Shown here: piece after piece, positions 1 to 13,800 of the stretch
Layout of the letters: each line of letters starts with the position of its first letter
How positions within the stretch are numbered: the stretch's first letter is position 1
Source: Paraspadella gotoi
Lineage: Eukaryota > Animalia > Chaetognatha
Reading direction: 5' to 3'
DNA length: 64,000 bases
NCBI GenBank assembly: GCA_051294375.1
Contig: CM119269.1
Location: forward strand, 6,058,735 to 6,122,734
The notes under the pieces: generated by a model
The model's database searches: none
What the model was told of the DNA's origin: nothing
What the model saw: the letters and a program-made list of their open reading frames with translations, nothing else
Position numbers and translations under genes: made by a program

Positions 1-1004
1 AACGATGAGTGGACTAATCAATTACAATGAGTGGGTAAATCTCCGAAACTATTTCGTAAAAGAATCGTTGAGGTCCCAGGCCATAAAATAAAATAACTTT
101 ACTAAGAAGGAAAGGTTCCAAGAGAGGAAGAGAAAAAGAGCCCGCTTCACCTAAACTGCTTTGAGTAAGAGTGTGGAAAAAAAAGAGAGAGAGAGAGAGA
201 GTTAGGTCAATCTCAGGTCACGTGAATGAGCCGGTAAATCACGAGATGAATGGTCCAGTAAATTTCGGGGATATCTGGAATGAATTTCCTCTGACTAGTG
301 AAACTTCTTCTCACCAATGTTACTTAACTTCTTTGCTATCGCGATTTCCTTATGATCTTTTATCTTTTCTCGCTTCTTGCGAATTTTTAATTTCATTTTA
401 TTTTCCATTTATTTTTTATCTTTCTTTCCCTTTCTTTCCTCTACCTAAAAAAACCATAAGACTAAGAAATACGATCAATAAATAAAAGCCTCGGAATTCT
501 GTAAATAAAACGCATGTTTTATTCTTCCCAGGAACTTTTCTTTTATTTACGTTAAAATATTCAATATCTCCGAACAGGTCTAACTTTTAAAAGGTTACAT
601 TATTATTATTATTATCATTATTATTAATATTATTAAGTAGAAAAACTACGGAAAGAGGCAGCTCGTGATAAAAGATTCTGAAGCTAGCATATCGACATAT
701 TTACAAATCATTTTCTCGACGAACCAAATATTTTCAAAAACACAGTTGCTTTAGCTTTTTTCTCGATCACAAATTCTTTAGAAAAAAATATCGTCTGACT
801 TTTGCTTAAATCTTTTTTAAGAACATTGCTCATTGCCCAACTGTTGCAAAGCCCTTGACCAACGTTGTCCCACTGTTGCCCGACTGTTGCGCGACGACGA
901 AAATACTTCTCTCTTTCGATTCTCAATTTCTGTCCGACGTCCGCCCACCAGTTTTCTCCGCTCCGCATCTTCGGTCGGACGGAGGAAAGGATCCGTCGAA
1001 TCGA

Positions 1005-1040
<36 letters not shown>

Positions 1041-1446
1041 ATTTTCTCTTCTCTCATTCTCCCTCTTCCATTCTCCTCTTTCCTCTTTTCTCCTTTCTTC
1101 ATCCTTCCTCCATTCCCTCTCCTTTCCTCCCTCTTCTTCTGTCCCATCGTTTACCCTTTCAGTTTCGACATTTTAATCCTTTTTCTTCCGCCATCTTGTT
1201 CCCAGCCTTCTATTCCTTCGTTTGTCTCTTCTCGTCCCACAATTAGAGTCTTTTCACTTCTGTCTATTAACTTATAGTAAAGCATCTCTAGCAATATTCA
1301 TAAATGTTTTCCGCTGTCCTTTATTATGTCGTTTCGCTACTGTTGCCTATATTAATTTCCTTTGCATCTTAAAACATCTTGACTTTTCTTCACAGCGACT
1401 TTCCAACATCATCTCAGCAGAATAACTTTCTTTTTAGCCCAAACTG

Positions 1447-1735
1447 AGACCCCCCGTCCACAGCCGGGTTACCTGTGATGCCCATTGGGATGGTGCATCT
1501 CACTGTTGGCGTTGGGGGCTTCCGACGCTCAGTGACGCCTCCAGTCACTGGCGCGGTTACCCGAGGACGGTATCGCTTTGCCAACGCATAGGGAAGTGTG
1601 GATGGAACACTACGCCTGGGATGGTGTGTTCCCCCTCTGAGCCAATGGTATTGGCTGAACGATGGAGGATGTGAGGTGGTATGAATATACCACCACAATA
1701 CCCTCCCTGGCACAAACACCACGCCTCTCTACTGA
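1447..1735. other. GC-rich, hairpin-dense ~290-nt element (structured RNA or non-LTR retrotransposon 5' UTR candidate)
   Basis: Stems read directly: gatgc..gcatc 1477-1499, cagtgac/gtcactg 1530-1550, gcgttgg/ccaacgc 1509-1587, ggaacac/gtgttcc 1604-1632, agccaat/attggct 1640-1656, ggtggtat/ataccacc 1675-1694. Sharp GC step against the 5' flank. Identity unknown. Confidence 0.4.
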
Positions 1736-2626
1736 CGCAAATCTCGCTACCCTCTCCACTCAAATCTCAAATGCCCTCGCCCCACCTCCCGACTCCAATG
1801 CCCATTCCCGCATCGCGATATTTAATGGCCTTCTCCAAGTTGCGACAATTCCGGCAATAATGAGTTTCCAGGAAAATAAATGAGCATCGTCTCGAACAGC
1901 GGATCTCGCGCTGAATTTTAAAGCCTTCTCTTTTGTGCTCTCAAAAATATGAGTCTCAACGTTTAATGTCGCTAATTTTTGCCTCATCTTTTGTTGTCAC
2001 TTCCACCATTTTCGGCTTGCCTCTATCAAACTGGTAACTAGACAAGTTTCGTCCCCAAAGTCAGTCCAACCTAGTCGTTTGTCAGTCGTCATGCGGTTGC
2101 ATCCTGCGTCACCCTCCCGCGTCTCGTATTAGTGCCTCCTTGCTCTAATTCTCCACCGTTTTTCCTCAGAGATTTTCTTCAGCATCTCAAACCCGATCCT
2201 CTTCCCTTACCCTGCCCAAACTCTCTCACACTTCCCCACCGCCCCCGCTTCGCCTTACCTACTTCGCCCTCCATCGCGAGTTAATCTTCTCAATGATGAT
2301 GAATCGTCGGCGTCGGTCGACGCGCCGAAAGTCGGAGAGCCTGAGAGCCTGAGAGCCGGAGAGTCTGAGAGCGAACGAAGAGGTCGCTGCCATCCGAGAG
2401 CGATATCGCGGTGAGCATCTCGAAGCGAGGCTTTGTCACTCCAATTGTCTAGAATCTCCATGAAGAATTCATTTAGTCGAGTGAGTCTCTCTCTCTCTCT
2501 CTCTCTCTCTCCTACCACTTTAAATCTCCTGTGATAATGATAGTGACTTCTCACGAACTTTCTCCCCACTCTCCCCTCCACACCCCAAAGTTCACCAAAG
2601 ATCACAAGACGCACAGGAATCACAAG

Positions 2627-2675
2627 ATGGCGGAAGAGGAGAATTTGTTTCGGGTTCACTTTCGGCGTCGCCCGC
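2627..2675 (+). CDS. Candidate first coding exon (MAEEENLFRVHFRRRP), product unknown
   Basis: aagATGG start context followed by a gtgagt donor at 2676. No convincing in-frame downstream exon found. Confidence 0.2.
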
Positions 2676-3219
2676 GTGAGTCCTCGTTTATCACGGGTCA
2701 GACCTTTAGCCTCCGCGCCGAGCCCTTTTCCCATTCGCTTTTGTTTATGGCTTCACTTTTGCTTTTTTTTCCAATGTTTTAGTTAAATACTTTGCTTTTC
2801 GCTTCATTTCTCTTTGCATTTTGCTCTTTCTTTTAATCTTATTTTACATTCTCCGTTGCTTTTTTTTCTTTTTTCATTAACGAAATGGGGCCAAGGGCAC
2901 TTTTCACGAGAATGGTGAGCGCGAATCTCGGTGTTGATCACGTGCCCTGGCACGACCATCGCGCTTCTCTCGGTTAGGGTCAGTCGGTCGGTCGATCGGT
3001 GGCCCAGAAATTCAGAGCGCTGTGAACTCGTGGAAGAATGTGAGATAAAGAATCACTGGATGAATTTCCTCGTCTGGCCAATGAGCTGAATAACGACAGT
3101 GACGATAACAACACACTGAGGTTTGTCGCTGTTTCAAAATCAGTGAAATCTTTAGGTTTGATGATTTTAGCGTCGTCGTCGTCGTGTCTTCGTCGTCGTC
3201 GTCTTCGTCGTCTCGTTGT

Positions 3220-3309
3220 CATTTGTTTTGTTTCTTATCATCCAGCGTAAGCATAATTCAATCATTAAAAAAACGAAAAGGCTGACTTGACGTACTTGAA
3301 AGGCAAAAT

Positions 3310-3340
<31 letters not shown>

Positions 3341-6300
3341 TCCGGCCCAGAAAATTAAATTTAGAAAAATTTTAAATCCAATTTTTCTCGATTTTTTCGA
3401 TTTTTCATGAAACGAATCATTTGAGTTCATCTCAGTTTTCCTCATTCGTTTTAAATTTTTATCGTCGCGAATTTGTCTTCCGTTTTTATTTTCTTTCTTT
3501 CTTTTATTCTCGTTGATGCGTTGATGCGTCTTTATAGGGACTTTTTTTGGTTGCAGCTTAACTCCTCGATCGAACTTAGTAATAGGGAAATTTTTACAAC
3601 CAATGTAAAAATAATTGTCTCATTGAATAAATAGCCTATCTTGACTCTAACTATTGAACAGGCTATGTACGATTAAGCTAAACATCTTATTTTTTTTCAT
3701 AAAATACAGTACGTATAATATAATTAAAACAAAAAGAGGAAATATCAATAGAGAGAGACTGACACGAAAAAAGGTTTAACTTACCCTCCGCAAGGAAAGG
3801 TCATAAAAGGTCAAAATAATCAGGCGAACGAGATTCCGTCTTTCTTATTAATTAGTTCTCGCCGAAGACGAATTGCCACGCCCACTTCCAACGTCAAATT
3901 TGACGTAAGATTAATTGCCACGCCCTCTTCGAACGTCAAATTTGACGTCGTTTCGCAAAATCGTACGACTTGAGGAAGAATTAACCTATAATTTCGAATC
4001 CGACCCAGTGCGACACACACACACACACACACACAACGCATTTGGCCTACGAGCCAGGCTGAAAAACTTGGCCCACCCCGATAGCTTTCGCCGTCGAATC
4101 GATTAGCATCCATGTCATTCACGGCATTTAATTATCATTATTGACTAATTAATCTATTCGTTGCAATTTGTGAAAGAATGAAGCTATATAGCTAAAATAT
4201 TATTTTGCTCCCTCTTTTCAAACCCCGGTCGCAAAACTTTATTTCGTTAAGTTATTCGGTATATTTTTCTAGACAAATGTATGAAATTGGTACAACCAAT
4301 ATAAATATAAATATATTTGAATATATTTTCGTTTTCGCCACATTTTACAATTAGCCAACTCTCGATTTTGATTTCAATAAATCGATTCGTCTCATTTTAT
4401 CTCGACCACCTCCGCTATCAGTTTTCTCATCTTCCATCTCTCTCTTTTATTTTCTCTCTCTGTATGATGTTCTTTTATTTTCGTCATAAATTCTATTTCT
4501 AGTCATTAAATTCTTTTTCTTTTTATTTTCACTCTCCGTCCCATTCTCTTTCGTCATAAATTCTCGCACCAGCAATTTCCGAGAAATTCCTTTTTTTTCG
4601 TATTCTAAGTTACCATCATTCGCTTTCGTCTATCTCATACAATTAGAAATCACGTTTTGAGACTAGTTTACTACACATTCATTATTACTTACTTCGTCTT
4701 CCTCATCCTCTTCCTCCTTCTCCCTTCCTCTTACTTCACATTCCATCCTGCCTCCTTCTCCTCTTCATCTACCTCTCCCTCCTCTCCTCCTCCTCCTCCT
4801 CTCCTCCTCTGCCTCCCTCCTCAATCATTTCTTCGCGCTCCGATAATTCCGATTTCATCTTAAGTACTCGTAGGCCACTTCTAACCTCCCTCTTCTCTCT
4901 TCCTCCTCCCTCTTGCACATCCTTCCTGTGCCTCCCTCTTCCTTCCTCTCTTATCCAATCCTTCCTATCCTATTACCACCCGTCATCTTTTTCCTCTTAC
5001 TATCACTCTCTCACTCCGTCCTCTCCTCACAACCAATCTTTCCTTTCTTCCCTCTTCCTCTCGCTTCTTTAAACATATTCTCCATTCACCCATTTCTGGC
5101 CGCTCCAATCCACTTATTTCATCCTCATTTCCTTCTACTCCTCCTCCTCCTCTAATGCTCTATGCCCTAAGATTCCCCTGCCCCCCCCCCCCGCCGCACG
5201 TTCCCCCACCGGATGCTCCCCCCTATAAAAAAAAACTTCCCAGAATCAAATCCGGCCCAGATGGCGTTCGACGTATCTAGTTATCTTGTCCATACAATAT
5301 TCGAAACGGCACTCGAAAAAAAGAGAGAGGGAAGCAAAAGAGAACTAATTTTTTTTAACCCGCACTGACCGTTTCGCGTGATCTAAGACACTTGGACAGA
5401 GGAAGCATCTCGTTGACCTTTCCTCCTCCTTTTTTTCCTCGATTGGCTTATGTTTGTCCCGGTCTACGCAGCTCACAGTTTGTCTCCCTGGTCCCGATCT
5501 CCGGTTCTGTTTTTCAGGCTTCTTCTCCGGAGTGTCGGGACAGCTATTTTTTTTTTTTTTTTTTTTGCGACTTCTCTCTTCGTCTTTTTGTCGTCAGTTC
5601 TTCCCGGGAATTTTAATACCAGCTCGTCCAACTCGCTTGAGCCTTTCCGTGACTATCCGCACATGATTGCATGCTTGAGCTATGAAACAGAGCGTTGTTT
5701 GCGTGCGCGCACGTTGCGCGTCAGCGTCTTATGAGAGCGACCGCACAACGTTGCGGTCGCGGAACGCTCAGAAAGAGATTTGGGGGCGTATTGGTTGAAC
5801 GTTAACCTATGCCGAAATATTCATTTTTAGTACACCTTTTCGCTCCAGCTTGAGAGTAAGGAAGAGAGTAGATGAGAAAAGAGGAGAGAGAAGAGAGAGA
5901 GAGAGGAGAGAGACCAGAGCAGGAGAGAAGGACGAGAGAGACGAGGAGAGAGAGCGAGATGGAGAGGAGAGAGAGGACGAGCAAGAGAGAGAGAAAGAGA
6001 GAAGAGAAGAGAAGAGCGATAGCACAAAGCATCACTAGACGCAAGTTGGATGAGCCGAACGCTGAAGAATAATATTTGGTTAGCAAGGAGAAAGGTAATA
6101 GTATGGAGATTTTGCGGTAAAAGTGAAAGGTTTGTGAACGAAACGAGCTCCTCTGCTGCCTCACCGTGAGGAGCGTGAAAGTGAAAGAAGAAGAGATAAT
6201 GCGACCTATCAGAAGGACGAAACCAAAGCCGCCGAGCGATAGGGCGCTGCTTTACACGAAAATAGGGCTTTACTACTTCCAAAACTGAAATAAGGCTGCT

Positions 6301-7747
6301 CCACGAAAAGGGTCTGACTCGACGAACTAGTAGACAGGGAGCCTGCTACGCGAATAGTCGACAGTGAAATCACATACAACCCAATAGATGAGCAAAGGAA
6401 TAAAGAAAGTAAGGATTTTCGCCGACATTTTCCCTCTAATTGAGAAGGTCATTAAATGATCGGAGAGGAAAGAAGGAAAGAGACAACCGTCGAGGCGAAA
6501 AAAAGTAATTGGAACGGGGAGGCAAATGATGGCTTCGAAGCGCCGTTGCAAAAATTTCATGGGAGTCAAAGGTTCGAATATACGAAGGACTCGTTGGCGG
6601 AAATGATGATGAAGATGAACTGATGATAGAAATTTGATGAATGAGATGCACTGAATCTGACTGATGAAACACTCTCATCATACATCTACAAAAAAATGTG
6701 GTCACCTATATTTACTTACAGGCACCACGGTACACAACACCACGACAACCCACGGACACGACACCCGAACACAACCACAAAACCCAACAACATGGCACGC
6801 ACACACCATGCATCACCAACATTTTTATATGTGTCGACGCAACAGCCCCAAATAAGCAAACGCACACACACCACCCACACCTGGTGTGGGGTGTTGATGG
6901 AGCACATCGAACGATGAATGATGAATGATTCAATTGATAAATGTAGAATGATGATGCATGATAAATGATGATGACGCATGCATGATGAACTGCATGATCG
7001 ATTACTCGTAGATGATCGAATGATGATGAAAATCAACGACGATGATGATGATACCGATAATGATGATGATCCACGATGAATGGATGAACGATCGATGAAC
7101 ATCAACGATGATGATAATGATTGATCGATTATGATCGATGATGATGATGATCGATCGATTCACGACAAAATCAACGATGAATGGATAAGTGATGACTGAT
7201 AATGGATAAATGATGATGATAGATGATCGATGATGAAAATAACGATTGACGATGCATGATGATGATTGATGATGAGTGAATTATGAACTGATGACGGATG
7301 ATGATGAATTGACTCGCACTGATGATGATGATGCATGATCGACAAGACGAAGTGCACCGATGACGACGCGCGCGGAGGAGCTGTGCAACACTTTGAGATT
7401 TCGCGTCTCCTTCTCAAACTTTTTTCTCTACTCGCTTAATTTTTTTTCTATCTCTTTTTTCTTCCCTAGCCTATCTCTTTTCTCCCTCTCTCCTCAAGGA
7501 GGAAAATGAGAGAGTGACTCCTAAAAACACACAAACCTCTGAAGCCCTTCCACCCAGTTTTCTCTCTCTTTTCTTCTTCTTATTTTCGTACCTCCATTTC
7601 TTATCTCTATTCCTTTTTTTCCTCATTTATCACTTTTCACTTATATTACTATATTTCCGTCGGCGTCCCCTATTCCTCTGCCTCTTCGCTATTTTTGATA
7701 ATCCATTTTCCGATTGAAACTCAAACGTGACTGGCATGAGCGAGGCC
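3220..7747 (+). repeat. Copy 1 of a ~4.5 kb triplicated segment, ending at a 25-N gap
   Basis: 3822 caggcgaacgagattccgtc recurs inverted near 10380 and degraded near 14928. 7700-7747 matches 18075-18120. Confidence 0.9.
3871..3948. promoter_or_regulatory. 42-bp tandem duplication, each unit with GCCACGCCC and the perfect 16-bp palindrome ACGTCAAATTTGACGT
   Basis: Units start at 3871 and 3913; palindromes at 3891-3906 and 3933-3948. A regulatory role is inferred only. Confidence 0.35.
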
Positions 7748-7926
7748 NNNNNNNNNNNNNNNNNNNNNNNNNTTTTTGATTCTCTCTTCGCTTTTGTCGT
7801 CAGTTCTTCCCCGGGAATTTTAAAAGCTCGCCCGCTCGCTTGGCTTTCCTTGCTCCGCTTGGTTGCCTGCTTGCTTGACAGCTTGTTTGCTTTCGTCGCG
7901 GNNNNNNNNNNNNNNNNNNNNNNNNN
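7748..7926. other. Two 25-N gaps enclosing a 129-bp extra copy of 5563-5700
   Basis: N runs 7748-7772 and 7902-7926 are each 25 long. 7773-7901 matches 5563-5700 (tttgtcgtcagttcttcccgggaattttaa). Confidence 0.85.
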
Positions 7927-8339
7927 TTGTCTTCGTGTTGGAAATGATGATAGCTTCTTGTTTGTCATTTCCGCTTTCCTCTCTCCTCTCATCTCTCCTC
8001 TCTCTCTTCTCTCTCTTCTCTTCTCTCTCTCTCTCTCACTCGGTGCTTGCTTTTTACTTGAAATTTTTTCTATCATCTCCATTTATTTACATCGGAAAAA
8101 GGCGTTTTTCCTTTGTTTTTTAAAAGCTCTAGTTATCTCTTTGTTTGGAAATAGTCGATCTGGCTCTCTCATCTCTCCGTGCTGTCTAATTTCTATCATT
8201 ACCCGCTCTTTTCTTTCTCATCAAGGCTATAGGGATAAAGGGGCTACATTAAATTAAATCTGTTAATTTCGGCAAAACATATAGTCTAGAAAAAAAGCCG
8301 GCCTCATTTTCTTTATTTCTGATACGAAACGCCGCCCGC

Positions 8340-10870
8340 GACGGAAAGCAAACGAAGCTGTTCAAGCAAGCATGGCAAATAACCAACGCGGAGCAAGGAA
8401 TGCCAGCCGGAAGCGGGCGCAGCTTTAAAAAGGATTCCCTGTGGTGGGAATGGAAACTGATCGTATAAAAAAACTGAAGAGGAGAATCAAAAAAAAAAAA
8501 AAAAAAAAAAAAAATAGCTGTCCCGAATCCGGAGAAAGGAAAGCCGGAAAAAACGAACCCGGAGATCGGGACCCAGGGAGATCAAACTGTGAGTGCGTTT
8601 GTAGAGACCGGGACAAAATAAAGCGCACATCAGAGGAAAAAAAGGAGGAAGGAAAAGGTCAACGAGATGCTTTCCTCTGTCCAAGGTCATAGTCACGCGA
8701 AACGGTCGTGGGTTAAAAAAATTAGGGTTCTCTTTTTGCTTTCTCCTCTTCTCTTTTTTATCGAGTGTGCCGTTTCGAAATATTGTATGGCACAAGTTAT
8801 GTAACCTAGATACGTCGAACGTCCTGCTGGGAGCAAACGGATTTTTGATTCTGGGAAGTTTTTTTATTATAAGGGGGGAGGAATCCGGTGGGGGGTACGT
8901 GGCGGCGGGGGGGGGGGGCAGGGGAATCTTAGGGCATAGAGCATTAGTAGGAAGTGAGGGAGTTAGAAGTAATATGAGGAATGAAAAAGTTGGATTGTGA
9001 CGGCCAGAAATGGGGAAGGATGAAATGAACTTTTGTTTATAAGAAGGAGAGAGACAGAGGAGAAGAAAAGGAAAGGAATTCGGTTTGTTGCCATGGGAGA
9101 GACGGAGTGAGAAGAGTGTATCATGTAAAGTAGGACAAAAGATGACGGTGGTATAGGAAAGGAGAGGAATGTGGAATCATAGAGTAGGAAGGAAGAGGGA
9201 GGTCACTAGGAATGGATCGTGATTAGAAGAGGGAGAGGAGGAAGAGAGAAGAGGGAGGTTAGAAGTGGCCTAACCGAGTAACTTAAGATGAATCGGAATT
9301 ATCGGCAGCCGCGAAGAAATGATTGAGGAGGGAGAGAGGGATGGAGGGAGAGGAAAGAGAGGAGGCCAGGAGGGAGAAGGTAGTGGCACAAGTAAGGAGA
9401 AGGAAACGGAAGGAGAAATGGGTAGGAGGAAGAATGAATGAAGAGGAAGAGAGAGGAGAGAGGAGGAAAGAGTATGAGGAGAAGAAAGCGAGTAGGATAG
9501 ATGAATTGAAGAGGGTTAAATAGCGCAACTTATTTCGTGAATGACGCTCCAGGTAGACACGAAACACGAAATAAGAAGGTAAGATAGAAAAAAAAGGAGA
9601 ATTTCTGAAAGTATTGGGCTGGTGCGAAGAATTTATGCGAAAAGAGAATGGGACGGAGAGTGAAAAATAAAAAGAAAAGAATTTAATGAACTAGAAATAT
9701 GAATTATAGATGGAAATATAAAATGATTTTCGATATCCATGAGAGTATGAAAATTGGAGAAGTAGAGAGAAGGAAGAGATTGAGATAAAACTGTATTTAT
9801 AAGCGGAAATGGTGGTCGAAAGATAACACTGAGTACTGACTATCCGATTAAATTGACATATCAAAATGCGAAGTTGGCTAATTGTAAAATGTGCGAAACG
9901 AAAATTAATTCAAATATATTATATATTATATATTTGTTGTACCCAATTTATACATTTGTCTGAAAATATTCCGAATCAAACAACGAAATAAAGTTTTGAA
10001 AAGAGCGGACGCAAAATTATATTTTCGCTATAATACGCTTCTTTCTTTCAATCAATTGCAAGAATGATTAATTAGGCCATAATGATAATTAAATGCCGGA
10101 ATGACATGGATGCTAATCGAATTCGAACGGCGAAAGCTATCGGGTGGGCAAGTTTTTCAAGCTGGCTCGTAGGCCAAATGCGTTTGTGTTGGTGTGTGTG
10201 TGTGTGTCGCACTGGGTCGGATTCGAATTATAGGTTATTCTTTCCCCTCAGTCGTACGATTTTGCGAGACGTCAAATTGACGTTCGAAGAGGGCGTGGCA
10301 ATTAATCTTAACGTCAATTTGACGTTGGAAGTGGGGCGTGGCTAATTCGTCTTCGGCGAGAACTAAATATAAAGAAAGACGGAATCTCGTTCGCCTGATT
10401 TTGACGTCTTTTTGACTTTCTTGCGGAGGGTAAGTTAAAACCTTTTTTTCGGTCAGTCTCTCTCTAGTTGATATTTCCTCTTTTGTTTTAATTATATTAT
10501 ACGTACTTGTAGTTTATAGACAATAAAAATATAAGTATGTTATAGAAGCTAAATACGTACATAGCAATCCGTCTTCAATAGTTAGAGTCAGATAGGCTAT
10601 TTATTCAATAGAACATTTTTTAGATGGTTGTAAAATTTCTCCGCTTAAACTCATGATGTATTCGATCGAGGAATTTGAACGACGTGGACACGGTACCTAA
10701 ATAAAGTCCCCTATATTAAGACGCGCATCAAATCTTGTGCAATTATTCTATAATCATGTGATAATACTATAGAAAGACAAGTAAAATTAAAGACTGGAGT
10801 AGACATTTGTGAGACGTATCAGGGATATCGTTAATTCAAATTTAAAAACACGAATGAGAAAAATTAACAT
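8340..10870 (-). repeat. Inverted, indel-rich copy 2 of ~3430-5700
   Basis: Reverse-complement matches throughout, e.g. 8560 ccggagatcgggacccagggag vs 5484-5503, and ORF 10082-10345(+) mirrors ORF 3820-4122(-). Confidence 0.92.
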
Positions 10871-10899
10871 GAGTGGATCGCTCTCTATAACATGGATAT

Positions 10900-13800
10900 G
10901 TCACAGCTATTTCTATATATATTGCAGAGGCTATCTTTTACAATTGGATTGAAAAGAGTGTGTTAGTATACTATTTGCTTTGGATATTTAAAGATATGTT
11001 TTTTTATACTTCAAACTTAATTTTCTTCTCGTGTGGAGAAGTATCGTCCTGCCCGCGTGGTATAATCGAGACTGACGAGTTTTTATCGGAACTCCTTTTA
11101 CTTTAGAAGAAGTCGTATATATATTGATCGTTTATACCGCTTGTTTTGTTTATAATATTCGTTTTGTATGCATTGGAGAAACGGATGTCGCTTGCCCCAC
11201 GTTTTTTTTAAAAGTTTTTATTCTTTTTTAGGATTCGAGAAAAATTAGCGGTTTCTATCTTGTTATTTTTTAAGCTTTATATCTGATACTCTATTGGCGA
11301 GAAAAAGTCGTTTTTCTGGTGTATTTAACGGTTTTATCTATGAGAGTGAAACCGAAGAGAGAGCAGCATTACCATAAAATTTCAAGAGGAGTACACGAAA
11401 GAGGAGCACGCAAAGTCAGGAGCAACAGTGAAAATAAAAGAAGGAAATTTGTGTTGTTTTCGACTATAATAAAGATATTTAATAACTGTGCTCTTTCTAT
11501 CTTTCTATGAATGATCTAGCTCAATTTTAACATGCCGGAGGAGCTGACTGTTATGTGATGATAAGTAAGGTAATATCAAATATTAACAAGTTGGATCGTA
11601 TATCTTGTTAATCTGCCTATATATATGAATATCAATCTCGATATAATTTACCGGTGTTTTAGCACACATTTTTTCATCTTCTTTATGATTAGCTCACTTG
11701 GAACTAAGCGTGTTATTTCTATTTGTTGTGTAAAAAGAGATTGTTATCGTATTTTGGAATATAGTGACCGTCTGCGGTTATTTACGTTTTTATTACTTTT
11801 TAACTTTAGAAAAGGTTCGTTTTACTCGGGTGGACTTATTAATAGTTTAACATCTTCTCGTCACATTTTGGGAAATGTAAACGTTTGCGCGTTTGTTTTA
11901 TTTTTTGTTTTAAAGATTTATATAATCTCTTTTTAGCGATTGGAATAAATCGTTTTCCTGTTATTGTTTAAGTTTCATATCTTTTACAGAGGACCAAGAA
12001 TTAATGTTGTCGTGTTCTCGCGTGAGTATTTAACCGTTATTTATCCTATTGAGAAGTGAGAGAAAAGCTACATAAAACTTAAAGAGAGGGACCAGAAGAA
12101 GAGGAGAGAAGGAGACATAAAAATAAAAGAGCGGAAATTTTGTTTGTTTTGATAAAAAGGTATTGTCTGATATAAAATAACTGTCCTCATTCGTCGGTGC
12201 AGGTTTAAGACAACCTGCGATGAGGTGTTTATTTTGCAAAAAGTATCTGATAACCGTATTTTTATTTCTTTTTTCGTTAAGATAAAAAAAATTCGTTTCC
12301 GTCGTGTTTTAGAAATTATTTTATCTCTTTTTAAACATTGCGAAAACAGACGTGGTTTCTTTGTTTTTTAAAGTTTGTATCTCTTCTCTTTGGAAATATC
12401 ATTGTCTGCCGCTGTACTCTTTCACAGTTTTTATCAACTTTTGTACTTTAAGAAAAGTCTCGTTATATCGGTGTTTTTTTTATAACCTTTTTTTACATTG
12501 GAAAAAAAACGTTCTTGCCGTTTTTTTTAAAAAGTTTCCTTTATTTCTTTTTAAGCACACTTGATAAAAAAAATCGTCTTTTCGCTGTTATTTTAAAGTT
12601 TTCCCATATCTTTTTAAGGGTCGCGAGAAAAAGTTCGTTTTCTGGTGGTATTTTCTAAGCGTTTTTATCAAAAGTATTCGAAGTGAGAGAAAGCTACATA
12701 AAATTAAAGAGGAAAAGAGAGGAGACGGAGACATAAAAAAAAAAGAGAGGAAATTGTTTGTTGTGAATAAAGAGGATATTTAATAAGCTGTCCCTCTGAC
12801 CACAATTTTAAACAACCTTTGGATGATGTTATTTGCATGCTAGAAGTATTTAAACGTTTTTATTTGCTTTTTTCTCTTGAAAAATATCGTTTTCCCGGGT
12901 GTTTTAGGAGGGAGAGTGTTCTTTAAGTCTCTTTTTTACCTATTGAAAATCAGCGTTTTTCTTTGTTTTTAAATAGGTGTTATCGACGTCAAAGCTCTTT
13001 GGAAATATGCGTCTGCCGCTGTTATTTACACGGTTTTTATGCACTTTTTCACACTTGTGTAGAAGGAGTTCGTCTTACTCTCACAGTCAGTGTTTTCCAT
13101 TCTGTATAATATGTTATTTTACGACATTTTGGAAAAAAACGCCTCTGCGCGATTGTTTTTTAAAAGTTTGTTAGTTTCTTTTTACATTGAAAAACAATCG
13201 TTTCATGTGTATTTTTAAGTTTTTTCATATCTTTTTACAGAGAAAAGGACGTGAAGCTTTCCTGGTGTTTATTAACGTTTTTATCTTTTGAGGAGTGGAG
13301 GAAGAAGTTCTAGACCACTAAACATGTTAAACGAGTAAAGAGAAGGAGATTGTAAGACGAGACATGAAAAAATTTAACAAGTGAGTTAGGCAGGATCTTG
13401 TCCTTGTTTTTGATTTAGGAAGAGTACTGTTAATACCCACCGTGCAATACACGCTTCCTCGACGATTTAACAACATTCGATGAATGTTATTGATGCAGAT
13501 AGGTATGATTCTGTGGTTTTTTTTTTTTTTCTTTGAAAGTACTCTGTTTTTCCGGGTGTTAATTAATTTTGGAAAATTTTTTGTAAGTCCTCTCCTCTTT
13601 ACATTGAATAAAACGCCTTGGTCTTATGATTTTTATAAACTGGTTGTTATCTCGTATAATGCCGTTGAAGGTGGTTTGTCTGCCAGCGGTCGTAAATTTA
13701 AACCCGTTGTTATATTATTTTTAACTGTGTTAAGAAAAGTCCGTCTGTTTAGTTACGGTCTGATTTTCTTAAACCGTACGGAATCCTATCCTTTTACAGG

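Noticed and set aside
1550-1575. HDV-like ribozyme core (minus strand acc-gtcctcg-ggt)
   Set aside because: The loop register is non-canonical, and there is no GG for P1.1 or convincing P2/J4-2 after the putative P1.
3773-3790. Spliced-leader-like ggtttaacttaccc
   Set aside because: Only a partial match to nematode SL1, with no donor site, Sm site or stem-loops following.
6660-6910. Apparent insertion unique to copy 1 of the triplication
   Set aside because: CA-rich garbled stretch inside a low-quality read-like extension; probably base-calling noise.
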